From contig CM106585.1 in NCBI GenBank assembly GCA_048013815.1, positions 7,812,001 to 7,876,000 of the forward strand: a DNA stretch of 64,000 nucleotides, written 5' to 3'. How positions within the stretch are numbered: the first letter of the stretch is position 1; each line of letters begins with the position of its first letter. Under the pieces are notes generated by a model. It was not told the origin of the DNA, made no database searches, and saw nothing but the letters and a program-made list of their open reading frames with translations. Positions 11,492 through 21,945 of this stretch are shown piece after piece. This DNA comes from Setoptus koraiensis (lineage: Eukaryota; Animalia; Arthropoda). The translations under genes and the position numbers were made by a program.

Positions 11492-12967
11492 TTTGTGACG
11501 AAGAAACAGCTCACAAGTGTTGTCTGTCTGTTTGTCGTTAAGCACAAATAGCGAGCTATCCGACACAAAAAAGAAGCCAGCCAGCAAGCCAGCACTCTGT
11601 GCTTTTGTGCCTAAAAAAAATGCTCGCCACTAAACCTGTTTACCTGTTATTTGATTCGTTGGCTCGATAACGAAACTTTTGCAAGTTTTATCTTTTGCCG
11701 CTTTGTTCATCTGCCATATTGGTCAACTGCGGCCAGGTCACGTTTGCGACTGAGCCAGTGCCTCAAGTGGTCTCGCCAGGGCTCTCGCAGAGACTCGAGC
11801 CGGGCGAACCGTCGGCCGGAAACCAGAGACGCGGCAGGTGTATCAAATGGGCCAAATGTGCTGGCTTTGCATCGCCATTCCGCTCCAACTTGATCAACTC
11901 TGTAGAATTCGTTGTGTCCACCGAGAGCAGCTATATGGCAAGTGTTTAATGATTAGTAATTAATGATAAATAATTGATGGCGAGATACTCGAAAAACTCG
12001 ATTGCCAGTGACCAACATTTTGTGCGCTTTTTCGTTCATCATTATCGCACAAATTCAATGTTGTGCCAGCGTGCCAGAGATGCCGAGACTCACCTGACTC
12101 ATTGCTGACTGACAATGGTGAATTGTGAATCATCGACAATGCAATAACGCATACTCATATTCAATGTGCGCTCTTTCCTCAGCCAGCCAACAAAACAGGT
12201 GTAGTTTGTGGCAGTGCACTGAAGGGCGGCGCTGTTCTGCTTTCATTGTGCATCATTCTGCAACGAATTGCTCGTAACAACTTGTTGCCAATACAGAGCA
12301 CGCCCATCTTACGTAAGGCAGGCGCGTGCGTTTATTTGTACGCCAGGTGGTGGGCGAACAGCAACAGAAACTTGATTGGAGCGCTGCGCGCTTGGTGGTG
12401 CATCGTTGAGCGTTGCGAGCGCTCCTGGTGAACTTTTCACTAAATAATGTACGATGCATTTGAGAAGGCGCACACAGCGGCGGTGAATAGCAGGCTGACG
12501 AGACCAAAATCAAGCACGCACACGACAGGCAAGCACAGCAGGCCCTGCGGGCCTACGAATTGCGCTTACAAAATTGAGTTTTGCGCAGCACAAAACTAGC
12601 CAATGCACTGTGGAGGGTAGCGCAGAACAATTGAGTGCATGGTGTAAACTATCTCGCTAACACCCCATAAAGGGTGTAACATGCAATTGCCTTGCATTGC
12701 CTCCGCTATGCCACTGTGGGCACTTTCAGAATGAACAGCGGACATTACGCAAGCACAGATCGTACGCTTGCACATGCCGTCTGGAATTGAGTCAACAAAC
12801 AGGCGACACACACAACAGGCCCGTCACAAGCGGCACATGTATGTTTGCTGGTCGTTCTGTGCTCGCGTGCCGCACAATGGATGCAGTACAGTATAAATGT
12901 ACTGTACACTGTACAGTATTACACCCTACACTGTGCATTTATACTGTATATTTATGTACAGTATGTA

Positions 12968-13060
12968 TGTATGTTGACAGACAGACACGAAAACAAAAAT
13001 ACAAACACAGACAGACGGGCGTACGAACAGACAGACAGACAGACAAGCAGGCAGGCAGGC
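12968..13060. repeat. (CAGA)n/(CAGG)n microsatellite upstream of TAO
   Basis: gacagacagac...acagacagacagacagacaagcaggcaggcaggc. Confidence 0.8.
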
Positions 13061-13241
13061 AAACCAAAATGATACAAAGGCGAATCTGTAAATTCGTATA
13101 CCTCTGTCCTGTATCAAATTAAATAATCATCACTGAGTATCTGTGTGGGATCCCCAGTGTTGTTATTACTATTTTTCATACTATATATTTCCATTCATTT
13201 ATATTCTTTGCACCCCCTTCCCCACACCAAGATAACATATA

Positions 13242-16088
13242 ATGATAAAAATCAATTATCTTGGCATATCACACAGGCCAGATCCAAAGATTGATCACCT
13301 ATTCTCCAAGGGGGATCCGGACAAATTATTCACCGATTTGAGAGAGATAGGCCATGGATCATTCGGGGCAGTCTATTATGCCCAGGACAGCACCACAAAG
13401 GAGGTGGTGGCCATCAAAAAGATGTCATTCTCCGGCAAACAATCTAACGAAAAATGGCAAGATATCACGAGAGAGGTGGTGTTCTTAAGTAACCTCAATC
13501 ACAAGAACACAATTAACTATAAGGGATGCTACTTAAAAGAGCATACGGCCTGGCTAGTTATGGAATATTGTCTAGGCTCCACATCGGACATTGTTGAGGT
13601 TCACAAGAAACCGTTGCGCGAAGAAGAAATATCAGCCATTTGCTTTGACGCATTAAACGGATTACAATATTTACATAGTTTTGACTATATTCATCGTGAT
13701 GTCAAAGCCGGTAACATATTGCTCACAGAGAATGGCACAGTCAAATTAGCCGACTTTGGCTCGGCCTCTATGACCTGTCCAGCTAATTCATTTGTGGGCA
13801 GTCCCTATTGGATAGCACCAGAATTAATATTGGCCATGGAGGAGGGCCAATACGATGTCAAAGTCGACATTTGGTCATTAGGTATAACTTGCATTGAATT
13901 AGCAGAAAGAAAACCGCCATATTTTAATATGAACGCAATGAGTGCCTTGTATCATATCGCACAAAATGATTCACCCACTTTAAGTCAAACAAATATGTGG
14001 TCAGATAGGTTTCATCAATTTATTAGCTGTTGCTTGAGGAAGGATCCTGTGGAACGTTTTCAAGCAAGCGAATTATTGAAACAACCATTCATAACACATA
14101 CTAAAAATCCACAAACAGTCATATTAGATCTTATTGATCGAACTAAAACTGCCGTTCGTGAGCTAGATAACATAAATTATCGCAAGATGAAAAAAATTCT
14201 CATGGTGGAAAGTGGTAATGGTGAAACACCAAGTTCTAGCTCCTCTATTCTCGACGATGCCCTATATGCCAATTTAGATGCAAGTTATGCTACACACGCT
14301 CTTAATGACAGCACCTCCACAAATAACACAAATGCCATTAGCAACAATAGTAGCAACAATGATCTCGAAATTAATAGAAGCAATAGTCTAGCAAGCTCAC
14401 AAAGTCATCAAAGTGGTGATACTGGTAGTCGTGGTAGTGATAACTCTTTGACTGTCAATTCTGCTTCGACCAATCATCTGATGTATTGCAATCCTAATGG
14501 TGCGCCAATTGCCATGTCCAACAATCAGCCGTCTAGACCGAGAAACTACCCAACAGATAGGATGAGTCCAACGAATTCTTCCGCCAGTTTACATAGCAGC
14601 AACACAGAGGTGAGCGGATTTGGATTGATCATGTCGAATAGTGGTAATCAAGCCAATTTTGCAACTATAAGAACAACGTCCATTGTAACACGTCAGATGC
14701 ACGAGCATGCTAAAGAGAATATGCATGAGCAAATGTCGGGATACAAGAGAATGCGTCGCCAACACCAAAAGGCTTTGATGCAACTAGAGACAAAATATAA
14801 ACAAGAAATTGAAGAACATCGCCAAAAACTAGACAAAGAGTATGAAGATTTATTACAGTCATTTAGTAGAGAGTTACAGATGCATCAAGTGAGGCATCAA
14901 AAAGAACTAGAAAGAAAACTGAAAGCTAATCAATATCAAGAGAAGAAGCTCAACAAGGCCATACTACAACAAAATGAAGAAGAGTTAAAAAGGTATAGAG
15001 GCCAGTTACACCTGGAATACAAGGAGTTTAAAGAGAGGCTTAAGCGCGATTTGTCAAATAATCGCGACAGCGAAGCTTTTAAACTTCAACGAGAAAGCAT
15101 TGTAAAAAATCATGCCAGGAAATTGATCCGTTTCGAAGCCTACAGGAATCGATATCTCGAAGTGGAAGTGAGAAAATTTCGAAGAAAGAAATTGGTACAA
15201 TTTCACGATGTTGAACGTGATCTACTCCAAGAAGAATTGAGCAAACGCTTGCACCAATTGGGACAAGCCCACAGTATGTTGATGAGACATCATGAAATTA
15301 GTCAAGATTTGGAGTTTCGTCAACAAAGAGCAGTGCATCAACTGAGGGATGAGCAAATAAGAAAGCAACATCATACCGAGCTACATAATCAACAAGAATA
15401 CAATACTAGAAGAGAGAACGAACTCAGGAAGAAGCACGCTCTCGAGGTGAAACAGCAGCCCAAAAGTCTGAAACAACAAGAGATGCTAATAAGACGCCAG
15501 TTCCGCGAAACATGTAAAACACAGACAAAACAATATAAATTATGGAAAGCTCAAGTATTAGCCATTGAAGCTAATAAAAACAACCAGCGAATTAATAGGC
15601 AGCGTGTAATAAATAAACTCAAGGAGGAACAAGTTCGCAAATTGAATTTGTTAGGCGAGCAATACGAGCAGAGTGTCGCCGACATGCTTCAAAAGCAATC
15701 CATAAAATTGGATGAAACACAGGAGATGGAAGTGAGGCAACTCAAAGACCAATTGCAACAGGAGTTGGAATTACTAATGGCCTTCCAGAGTAAAATTCGC
15801 ATGCAAGCTGATAGTCAGAGAAATCGTGAGCGTCTCGAGTTAGAAGAACGAGTTAGCATGAGAAAGAGCATGCTTGAGAGAAAAATCGAAGAAGAAGAGA
15901 AACAATTCGCTGATGAACGCAATGAAAGATTCAGGCTTCTGACAGAGAGACAAAACAACGAGTTATCATCATTTGACCAAGAGAGCCAAAGAATAGGTTT
16001 TGATCAGCAAGAGCTGCTTGAAATAACCTATCCATCGTCTTCCGCAGATGGTTTATCGGAAGGGCTCAGCAGTTTGTCAACAACGTGA
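13242..16088 (+). CDS. Tao: TAO family Ser/Thr kinase (STE20/GCK-VIII), single exon
   Basis: Kinase motifs [30 protein letters not shown] and GSPYWIAPE. Ser-rich linker and TAO coiled-coil hallmarks FATIRTTSIVTRQ, EQMSGYKRMRRQHQK and RKKHALEVKQQPKSLK. Confidence 0.97.
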   Translation: MIKINYLGISHRPDPKIDHLFSKGDPDKLFTDLREIGHGSFGAVYYAQDSTTKEVVAIKKMSFSGKQSNEKWQDITREVVFLSNLNHKNTINYKGCYLKEHTAWLVMEYCLGSTSDIVEVHKKPLREEEISAICFDALNGLQYLHSFDYIHRDVKAGNILLTENGTVKLADFGSASMTCPANSFVGSPYWIAPELILAMEEGQYDVKVDIWSLGITCIELAERKPPYFNMNAMSALYHIAQNDSPTLSQTNMWSDRFHQFISCCLRKDPVERFQASELLKQPFITHTKNPQTVILDLIDRTKTAVRELDNINYRKMKKILMVESGNGETPSSSSSILDDALYANLDASYATHALNDSTSTNNTNAISNNSSNNDLEINRSNSLASSQSHQSGDTGSRGSDNSLTVNSASTNHLMYCNPNGAPIAMSNNQPSRPRNYPTDRMSPTNSSASLHSSNTEVSGFGLIMSNSGNQANFATIRTTSIVTRQMHEHAKENMHEQMSGYKRMRRQHQKALMQLETKYKQEIEEHRQKLDKEYEDLLQSFSRELQMHQVRHQKELERKLKANQYQEKKLNKAILQQNEEELKRYRGQLHLEYKEFKERLKRDLSNNRDSEAFKLQRESIVKNHARKLIRFEAYRNRYLEVEVRKFRRKKLVQFHDVERDLLQEELSKRLHQLGQAHSMLMRHHEISQDLEFRQQRAVHQLRDEQIRKQHHTELHNQQEYNTRRENELRKKHALEVKQQPKSLKQQEMLIRRQFRETCKTQTKQYKLWKAQVLAIEANKNNQRINRQRVINKLKEEQVRKLNLLGEQYEQSVADMLQKQSIKLDETQEMEVRQLKDQLQQELELLMAFQSKIRMQADSQRNRERLELEERVSMRKSMLERKIEEEEKQFADERNERFRLLTERQNNELSSFDQESQRIGFDQQELLEITYPSSSADGLSEGLSSLSTT

Positions 16089-16187
16089 TAAATAGACTTC
16101 CAATGCGATTAACCCCCCACCCCGAAACTATCATCTGATAGATTAAAATTTTGTTTTTGATAATTAAACACATAACCTTCTATAAGT

Positions 16188-16919
16188 CTAAACATCATTC
16201 ATAGTAACACAATTGTCGTTTTTGGATCCTTCACACACGAGTATAATGTTGTCTCCTCGAACAAAGAGCTTCTTTTTTAGTCGGCCTCTCTTCTCAATTC
16301 GACCATCGGTAGTTGAGTATTTGAAAGATTCTTCAACATCATGAAGGAGTAGGTTGAAGTGGGCATCAAACATTATTAGTTTTCCATCGAGTTGAATAAC
16401 ACGTGACACAAATGGTACAGTTCGCAATCTGCGTACGAGTACACGGACATTGGTGTTTAAAAATTTCTTGAGCTGGTACAGAGGCCCCGAACCTTGATGA
16501 AGTTTGTCAGCTTTTGATAATACATCAGGTTTGCTTCTTTGGCTAACTTTTTGTTGTTTTGCATCTTGCGGATTGTCTACCGACAATGAAGACGACGAAG
16601 CCAATTGCTGCGGGTCACACTGGGGCTTTAATAATATCCGATCGAAATTTCTCTCAGGAGGTGGGTCGTATTTTGATGAAAGCAAGCTTTTTTTGGGTTG
16701 GTTTGTTTGATTGGGTTCAGGGCGTTTCTGTGGGCAGCTTCTCCTGAAGTACTCATCCAAATTATTGAATATTGGTGCAGATGGAGTTGGCAGTATCACG
16801 TTGTCGGTATTTTTTGTGGTTAGACAAAACAATGCAGTTTCCTGAGTTAAAATGGAGGTTTCTAAATCTATCACAGGTTGGCTCGATCCTTCACTGCTGG
16901 CTGATTGCTGTTCATTCAT
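16188..16919 (-). CDS. LSM11: U7 snRNP Sm-like protein LSm11
   Basis: PIFNNLDEY N-terminal motif, GSGPLYQLKKF before Sm1 (VRVLVRR...GKLIMFDAHFNLLLHDVEE), and Sm2 KLFVRGDNIILV. This extended Sm layout is typical of LSm11. Confidence 0.8.
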   Translation of the reverse strand: MNEQQSASSEGSSQPVIDLETSILTQETALFCLTTKNTDNVILPTPSAPIFNNLDEYFRRSCPQKRPEPNQTNQPKKSLLSSKYDPPPERNFDRILLKPQCDPQQLASSSSLSVDNPQDAKQQKVSQRSKPDVLSKADKLHQGSGPLYQLKKFLNTNVRVLVRRLRTVPFVSRVIQLDGKLIMFDAHFNLLLHDVEESFKYSTTDGRIEKRGRLKKKLFVRGDNIILVCEGSKNDNCVTMNDV

Positions 16920-17825
16920 TTTGAGGGACTTCTAAAGTGTCGTCAGTGGCATAAAATTAATGTTGGCGAGAAAAGTGGTCATCAAGCGGTGATAGAATGG
17001 TGATAAAATGATGGTAATCGAGACATCAAAAATAAATATGGTGCGAACGAAGTGTTTAGTCCTCTATACAAGCCAACATTTCATAAATATATTCAAAAAC
17101 ATCTGTTGTGGAGGTGAGTTATTTTACGGGTCCCCTACTATCACGATCAATACGCCGACAGCCTGTTCACTGACAGCTGAGTTCGTCTATAAACAGCTTC
17201 TTTTTTCAGCGACAGATCGATTCCCCGAAAGAGCCATCTCGATGTAGTAAATTTCGGTCAATCGTATGTTTCGGTGTCGTGAGTTTCGGTGAATCAGCCG
17301 TTTCGGCTTCGTCAGCACCGTGGCAAGTCGTAAGCGACCGTTACTCTACTCGACATAATCGACATAAGCGACAGGTGACTGTAAGAGATTGAATTTTACG
17401 CGCCAAGTTTTACAATTAGATTGGCATTTGTAGACTTAATGACAGTGATAAGCTGATGAGATAATCGTCAAAAGATATATCCATCGCTACCATCATCATC
17501 ATCCGCTTCTTTTTGCATCACTTGAGCCATCCGTTGACTACAACCTGTTGCAACGCCAACTGCTGTCCGATAGATTGACATTGCTTTGTTTTGGAAAAAG
17601 AATATTCAAATCAACAGAATTAGGAAAGCAATCTCACTAGTGTTGAGCCTACGACATGGGGAACGGGAGACAAGAAAATAGATACGGGTGAACCGCTTTA
17701 GATGGATTTGGTTGTCCTAAATGTTCATCATGTTACCATGAGATTTTTATTTATTGACACATAGGACAAATCGACAATTTTGTTGTTGTTTGTATTGGTG
17801 GTTGTGACATAGGCTCGCTCTTCCT

Positions 17826-19886
17826 CTATAAAACTGCTGGACGAGTGGCTACACGATTACGGGCAGCTGCTGGTGACAATTTGCGTTCGTATTGGTGAGC
17901 TGTGGCCGACTCAAATGATCTAGAGGCTTGCGGTTGTTTGTTATATCTGGGTAATTGGTGTTGTTGTGGTTGCTCGAGGAGATCTTCAGTGGCTCTCAAT
18001 GGCTCTTGATGTTGTGGCTCTGGTGCGCGATATTCAGCCGATTGGGCACTGTGACTCTTTGTTGACCATTGGGCCTCCTTTGGTAGCTCTGACTGTTGTT
18101 GTGCCAAATATCCTTTGGCTGGTGCCTCATATCTGGTCTCTTTTACTTGTTCGGCCTGCTGTGGCAAATATCCTTTAGCTGGTGCTTCGTATCTGACCTC
18201 CTTTGCTGGCTCCTGTGGTTGTGAGTATCCCTTGGCTGGGGCTTCGTATCTGATCTCTTTAGCGGGCTCCTGTGGCTGCGAGTATCCCTTGGCTGGGGCC
18301 TCGTATCTGGTTTCTTTAGGTGCTTCGTATTTCACTTCTTTCACTTGTTCTTGTTGGTAATATCCCTTGGCTGGGGCCTCGTATCTTGTCTCTTTTGGTG
18401 CTTCGTATTTCACTTCTTTCACCTGTTCTTGTTGGTAGTATCCCTTTGCTGGGGCCTCATATCTTGTCTCTTTTGGTGCTTCGTATTTCACTTCTTTCAC
18501 CTGTTCTTGTTGGTAGTATCCCTTTGCTGGGGCCTCATATCTTGTCTCTTTTGGTGCTTCGTATTTGACCTCTTTCACCTGTTCCTGTTGGTAGTATCCC
18601 TTGGCTGGGGCCTCGTATCTGGTCTCTTTTGGTGCTTCGTATTTCACTTCTTTCACTTGTTCCTGTTGGTAATATCCCTTCGCTGGGGCCTCGTATCTGG
18701 TCTCTTTTGGTGCTTCGTATTTCACTTCTTTCACTTGTTCCTGTTGGTAATATCCCTTTGCTGGGGCCTCGTAGCGTGCTGCTCCTTTGGTGGCCTCAAG
18801 TCTAAGCGGTCGCAATGAAGCCGCTCGGGTTGAGTCAGTTCTGATTGAGATCTCTTCGGCGAGTGGCTGAGATGTTCTCAATTGAACGTTTGCTGGCGAT
18901 TTTGATTCAGTTCCAAATTCGTTTGTGTTTACGGTGGCTCTGAAGCCTTCGTGATCGGCTACATAATCAACAACGCGGCTGGCTCCATCGGCGCCCCGCA
19001 ATGTGTATTGGCCTCTAACGACGCCCTTGGTGTCACCTTGTTCGCTTCTCGACGAACCATCAACCTGATAACTGAACTGGTATGGCTCTGGCTCGCCAGC
19101 GGGCTGTTGTTGTTGTTGTAGCGAAGCCGAGGCTAGCTCCTCTTCTTGTCTCAATTCCGCTGGCTGCTTTGGGGGTAATTTTCTACCTTTGGCCTCAGCT
19201 GGAGCTTGGTAGCTGCTGCTGGACTCTACTCGCGTTTGTTCCTCTGAATATTGTTGTTGTGCAATAGGTTGTTGTTCCTCGTAACGGCTTGCGGCTTGCA
19301 CGTAGGCTGGCTCAGAGTCGTACTCTTGTTGTTGATAATTCTTTTGTTCGAAGCTCTCAATTTTCTCTTGCTTGAATTCTTTTTGCTCTTCTCGCTGCTG
19401 GGGCTCCTCGCGGCGCTGTTCAGTCTGTTCAAATCTCACCTGGGTTTGTTGTGTCTTTGCTGGACTGGTCAGCTTGCTTTCGGTCTTTCTCTCGGCGCCC
19501 TTGATTGGTGCCAGTGGGGCCGCTGCCGGAGCGGGTGCGGGCGCTGCTGCAACGGGTGCGGGTGCTGCCGATTTGACGGACTCCTCTCGGTATTCTTCTT
19601 GTTTAAGAGCTGACTGCTCCAATTGGGGATATTCCTCTTTCAATTGTGTTGCCGCTGGCTCTTGTCTGACTTGCTCTAGACGTTCCGCGCTTTTTGTCTG
19701 CTGTTGCTCAATCTTTGGTGCTGCTTGTTCGGCGCTCTTTCGTGCCCCAACTTGGACAGGTGAGGCAAAGCCTGATTGTTCGGTGAGCTCGTGACCCTTG
19801 GTTTCGGCGCGATAGATGCCCGCGCAAAGAGCCGACGAGCAAACAGCGGCCACCACCAGGGCGCCCAGTATTTTTGATGCAATCAT
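17826..19886 (-). CDS. Cuticular protein with Rebers-Riddiford chitin-binding domain (Chitin_bind_4) and tandem Tyr/Glu/Gln/Lys repeats
   Basis: Signal peptide MIASKILGALVVAAVCSSALC. R&R motif PEPYQFSYQVDGSSRSEQGDTKGVVRGQYTLRGADGASRVVDYVADHEGFRATVNTNEFGT. Confidence 0.93.
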   Translation of the reverse strand: MIASKILGALVVAAVCSSALCAGIYRAETKGHELTEQSGFASPVQVGARKSAEQAAPKIEQQQTKSAERLEQVRQEPAATQLKEEYPQLEQSALKQEEYREESVKSAAPAPVAAAPAPAPAAAPLAPIKGAERKTESKLTSPAKTQQTQVRFEQTEQRREEPQQREEQKEFKQEKIESFEQKNYQQQEYDSEPAYVQAASRYEEQQPIAQQQYSEEQTRVESSSSYQAPAEAKGRKLPPKQPAELRQEEELASASLQQQQQPAGEPEPYQFSYQVDGSSRSEQGDTKGVVRGQYTLRGADGASRVVDYVADHEGFRATVNTNEFGTESKSPANVQLRTSQPLAEEISIRTDSTRAASLRPLRLEATKGAARYEAPAKGYYQQEQVKEVKYEAPKETRYEAPAKGYYQQEQVKEVKYEAPKETRYEAPAKGYYQQEQVKEVKYEAPKETRYEAPAKGYYQQEQVKEVKYEAPKETRYEAPAKGYYQQEQVKEVKYEAPKETRYEAPAKGYYQQEQVKEVKYEAPKETRYEAPAKGYSQPQEPAKEIRYEAPAKGYSQPQEPAKEVRYEAPAKGYLPQQAEQVKETRYEAPAKGYLAQQQSELPKEAQWSTKSHSAQSAEYRAPEPQHQEPLRATEDLLEQPQQHQLPRYNKQPQASRSFESATAHQYERKLSPAAARNRVATRPAVL
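18105..18776 (-). repeat. Coding tandem repeat: 6 x 78 bp (RYEAPAKGYYQQEQVKEVKYEAPKET) plus 4 shorter 19-20-aa variants
   Basis: YYQQEQ codons recur every 78 nt (~18358, 18436, 18514, 18592, 18670, 18748). Confidence 0.95.
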
Positions 19887-20224
19887 CTGTTCATTGGTTC
19901 ATCATTGATTAATTAGTGACGATTGTCGAATCAGTCAGTTAATTAGTGAATTAGTGGCGTTAGTTAGTGAGTCGAGTGAGTGAGAGTTGTGCGTGAATTA
20001 TGAGCATACTTACTGTTATTGTTTTTTAAATAGGTGGTCTGATGTGATGGGTTTTACTACTAATTTGTGGCTTACTATTTTAACTTGATATTATCGCTCT
20101 TGCCAACTGGATTGTACGTGTCGTTGTTTCTGGCAGTGTTGTGTTCGATTACTGCAACCGATTTACTCTGTTGCTCTAGTTGATACAACTATCGAATGAC
20201 CACTCATCACTGGCGAGTGGCACC

Positions 20225-20232
20225 TTTTTATA
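20225..20232 (-). promoter_or_regulatory. Candidate TATA box of the cuticle protein gene
   Basis: GTATAAAAAG on the minus strand ~340 bp upstream of the ATG. A GTAAGT donor near 20010 and an AG directly before the ATG suggest a 5'UTR intron. Confidence 0.45.
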
Positions 20233-21945
20233 CTCGCTCTGTCTCGTCTCGAGGCATCTCTGTCCGATTATCATCATTATTTCGAAGGCCTCAGCACTGG
20301 ATTAAGAGCGCCAGTTTCCGCACGGCAACGCTTCAAGGACTTCTCCTATCTCGCCCATCTATCCAGTTGGCCTGTTGGTTAGCTTGGACACTGCCCACTT
20401 TGTTTATTATTATCATATCGTGATGCGAAGCAACAACCAGCAACAACAACAACAACAACAACAGTTGAAAATCAAACGATAATTATGTGCGCTGCTTTTA
20501 TTCAGAGAGCAAAAAGTAGATTCCTAGTTTCTTCTTTGTGTTCGCCTCCATGTGAGCTCCCTATGACAATGAAAGTTGTTGCTGGCGCTCATACCTTTTG
20601 CTGGACACACCAGTAAAAGGTCCAGTGCAAGTGCACTTGTTATTTATTGGACAACTTCCTTACTTTCAATCTCACTTCACGCTTTCCCGTCAATGTTGTT
20701 GGCGCTGTTGTTGTTGTTGCCGGTTGTTGTCGGGCTTGCTGCTGCTGCTGGCTACAATCACCAACTTCAATCACTGGCTGCAATCGCTGGCTAACTCATT
20801 AAGACAACCAACCAAATGGACAGGTGTAACCTTGATCTTGACCCTTGTCGGCCAGCAGGTAAACCTGCTTTTAGTTGCGCCAGCCCCCGACCAAACAGCC
20901 ATCGTTAGCTCGTTGCCTGTTTGGCCAGCTGACGTCCTGCTGCAATAGTTATTATCATCATGATTATTATTATTATTTTAACCAGAGTTGTTGCCACTTA
21001 TGCATTCCTATGCATTACAACTACAACTCGATAAATAGCAACAACTGATGCAACAATTACACACTGCTGGTGAACTTTCGCTGCCCATCAGGCTACGGTC
21101 AGCTGAGTCTTGTTGTTGTTGTTGCTGTTTACCTGTTGAGAGAGTGTTGTTATTTGCAGCAGCAGCAGCAGCAACACCAAACAACCAAACACATGATGCC
21201 ACAATAAACAACCAACTCGAAGGCCGGACTTTACCTGCATCAGCTGTTTTCAGCAGCAATTGAGCGCATTGAGTTGCCACTATTGCGTCATGTTTGTTGT
21301 TGTTTGCAGACTTGGCTGCTGTTGCTGCTGCATCAGTGGATCGGTGGACGCTACCAGCAATTGCCACAAACGCCATTGTGGTGCAACTAGCTCTCAGGAA
21401 TTGAGGAAGGAAGGCCATTGTTGGTGGCGCTGGTGGCTTCGAAACGCGAATAGATGACCAGGCAGATGACCGAGTTCAAGGGTGACCAGTTTGCTGCTGT
21501 GAGCGCCTAATCCTAAAACAATGTATCTTTTCTGCCGGCTTGCGCCACCAACATCCACGGCAACCTTGCGCAAAACTCACAGGGGTCAACTGACACTCAC
21601 GCCAGCAGTGAACTCGCCACTAGATTATTTATTAGTATTTTTGTCTCTCTTTGTGCCAGCAAATTACAATATAAATGATTGATCTCGTCGTCACGAGAAA
21701 CTCTGCTCGTTGTGGAGTCGCACTGTCGTTTCAAGCGTCGTTTCAACTGTCGTTTCAACTGACGCTTCAAGTTTTATTTTGACAACTCGAGTGGACACTA
21801 ACAATAAATAATCTGTCCGCATATACACAATGCACTGTCGTACGCAAACATACAAGTGATATAAGATTTCGATGTTCACATGTGAACGTACAAAGCCCAA
21901 AATGTGAGAAAAGAATGACAGCGCGACAAAGAGTTAGTGCGCCCG

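Noticed and set aside
12885-12948. Hairpin tacagtataaatgtac...gtgcatttatactgta resembling vertebrate miR-144
   Set aside because: Built from low-complexity TGTAC/TACAG repeats. miR-144 is vertebrate-specific and there is no read evidence.
17966-19882. Many plus-strand and alternate-frame ORFs over the cuticle gene
   Set aside because: Shadow ORFs of the repetitive, Gln/Glu-rich coding strand.
20560-21418. Possible small spliced gene (ORF 21008-21418 plus a downstream exon)
   Set aside because: Dominated by GCA/CAA/TTG microsatellite runs. No consistent splice phase gave a recognisable protein.
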